Virus record (IMG/VR): IMGVR_UViG_2537561688_000008
DNA from: a virus
Taxonomy: Duplodnaviria; Heunggongvirae; Uroviricota; Caudoviricetes
DNA length: 30,766 nt
Reading direction: 5' to 3' (one strand)
Part shown: piece after piece, positions 29,473 through 30,766 of the stretch
Numbering within the stretch: the first letter of the stretch is position 1
Layout of the letters: each line of letters begins with the position of its first letter
Notes under the pieces: generated by a model
What the model was told of the DNA's origin: nothing
Databases searched by the model: none
What the model saw: only the letters and a program-made list of their open reading frames with translations
Made by a program: the position numbers and the translations under genes

Positions 29473-30435
29473 ATGATTAAGAAAATCGGTGTGTTGACAA
29501 GCGGCGGTGATGCGCCAGGCATGAACGCCGCAATTCGCGGGGTTGTTCGTTCTGCGCTGACAGAAGGTCTGGAAGTAATGGGTATTTATGACGGCTATCT
29601 GGGTCTGTATGAAGACCGTATGGTACAGCTAGACCGTTACAGCGTGTCTGACATGATCAACCGTGGCGGTACGTTCCTCGGTTCTGCGCGTTTCCCGGAA
29701 TTCCGCGACGAGAACATCCGCGCCGTGGCTATCGAAAACCTGAAAAAACGTGGTATCGACGCGCTGGTGGTTATCGGCGGTGACGGTTCCTACATGGGTG
29801 CAATGCGTCTGACCGAAATGGGCTTCCCGTGCATCGGTCTGCCGGGCACTATCGACAACGACATCAAAGGCACTGACTACACTATCGGTTTCTTCACTGC
29901 GCTGAGCACCGTTGTAGAAGCGATCGACCGTCTGCGTGACACCTCTTCTTCTCACCAGCGTATTTCCGTGGTGGAAGTGATGGGCCGTTATTGTGGCGAT
30001 CTGACCCTGGCTGCGGCCATTGCCGGTGGCTGTGAATTCGTTGTGGTTCCGGAAGTTGAATTCAGCCGTGAAGATCTGGTAAACGAAATCAAAGCGGGTA
30101 TCGCGAAAGGTAAAAAACACGCGATCGTGGCGATTACCGAACATATGTGTGATGTTGACGAACTGGCGCATTTCATCGAGAAAGAAACCGGTCGTGAAAC
30201 CCGCGCAACTGTGCTGGGCCACATCCAGCGCGGTGGTTCTCCGGTGCCTTACGACCGTATTCTGGCTTCCCGTATGGGCGCTTACGCTATCGATCTGCTG
30301 CTGGCAGGTTACGGCGGTCGTTGCGTAGGTATCCAGAACGAACAGCTGGTTCACCACGACATCATCGACGCTATCGAAAACATGAAGCGTCCGTTCAAAG
30401 GCGACTGGCTGGACTGCGCGAAAAAACTGTATTAA
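29473..30435 (+). CDS. pfkA: ATP-dependent 6-phosphofructokinase I
   Basis: [32 protein letters not shown]...[11 protein letters not shown], 320 aa, recognisable as E. coli PfkA. Start at the ATG at 29473 with GAGG upstream, not the upstream in-frame ATG of the track ORF. Confidence 0.95.
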
Positions 30436-30491
30436 TGATTTCGGAAAAAGGCAGATTCCTTTAGCCTGAAACCGATGACAGAAGCAAAAAT

Positions 30492-30766
<275 letters not shown>

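Noticed and set aside
29629-30357. 242-aa and 78-aa minus-strand ORFs inside pfkA
   Set aside because: pfkA on the plus strand is unambiguous; these are antisense chance frames.

Overview
The window holds most of a P2-like (Peduovirus-type) prophage in an Escherichia-type chromosome, followed by host genes and the start of an insertion sequence. Reading left to right: the 3' end of a gpA-like replication gene; an AT-rich cargo gene on the minus strand (805-3021); a P2-type cos site (~3337-3355); the P2 late-gene block (Q and P on the minus strand, then O N M L X Y K lysA lysB lysC R S V W J I H G on the plus strand); a second AT-rich cargo island (18006-21552); FI FII E/E' T U D and ogr; two terminators; host fieF and pfkA; and a REP element interrupted by the left end of an IS110-family element that looks like IS621. 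The two cargo islands sit at the positions P2 uses for tin/old and for Z/fun, both known anti-phage defence hotspots. Island 2 is the best candidate for an undescribed system: a protein with an Mrr-like nuclease motif, a small convergent hydrophobic protein, and a protein with an Rx4H (HEPN-like) motif plus a cysteine-rich tail. Island 1 encodes a 738-aa ABC-type ATPase with a coiled-coil insert and a CPFC motif, which resembles RloC/PrrC-type anticodon nucleases. Several phage genes (N, M, L, J, H, FI, ogr) have interrupted reading frames while the cargo and host genes are intact; this is either prophage decay or sequencing error. All homology calls come from reading the translations and from memory of P2 and E. 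coli proteins; no database search was run.
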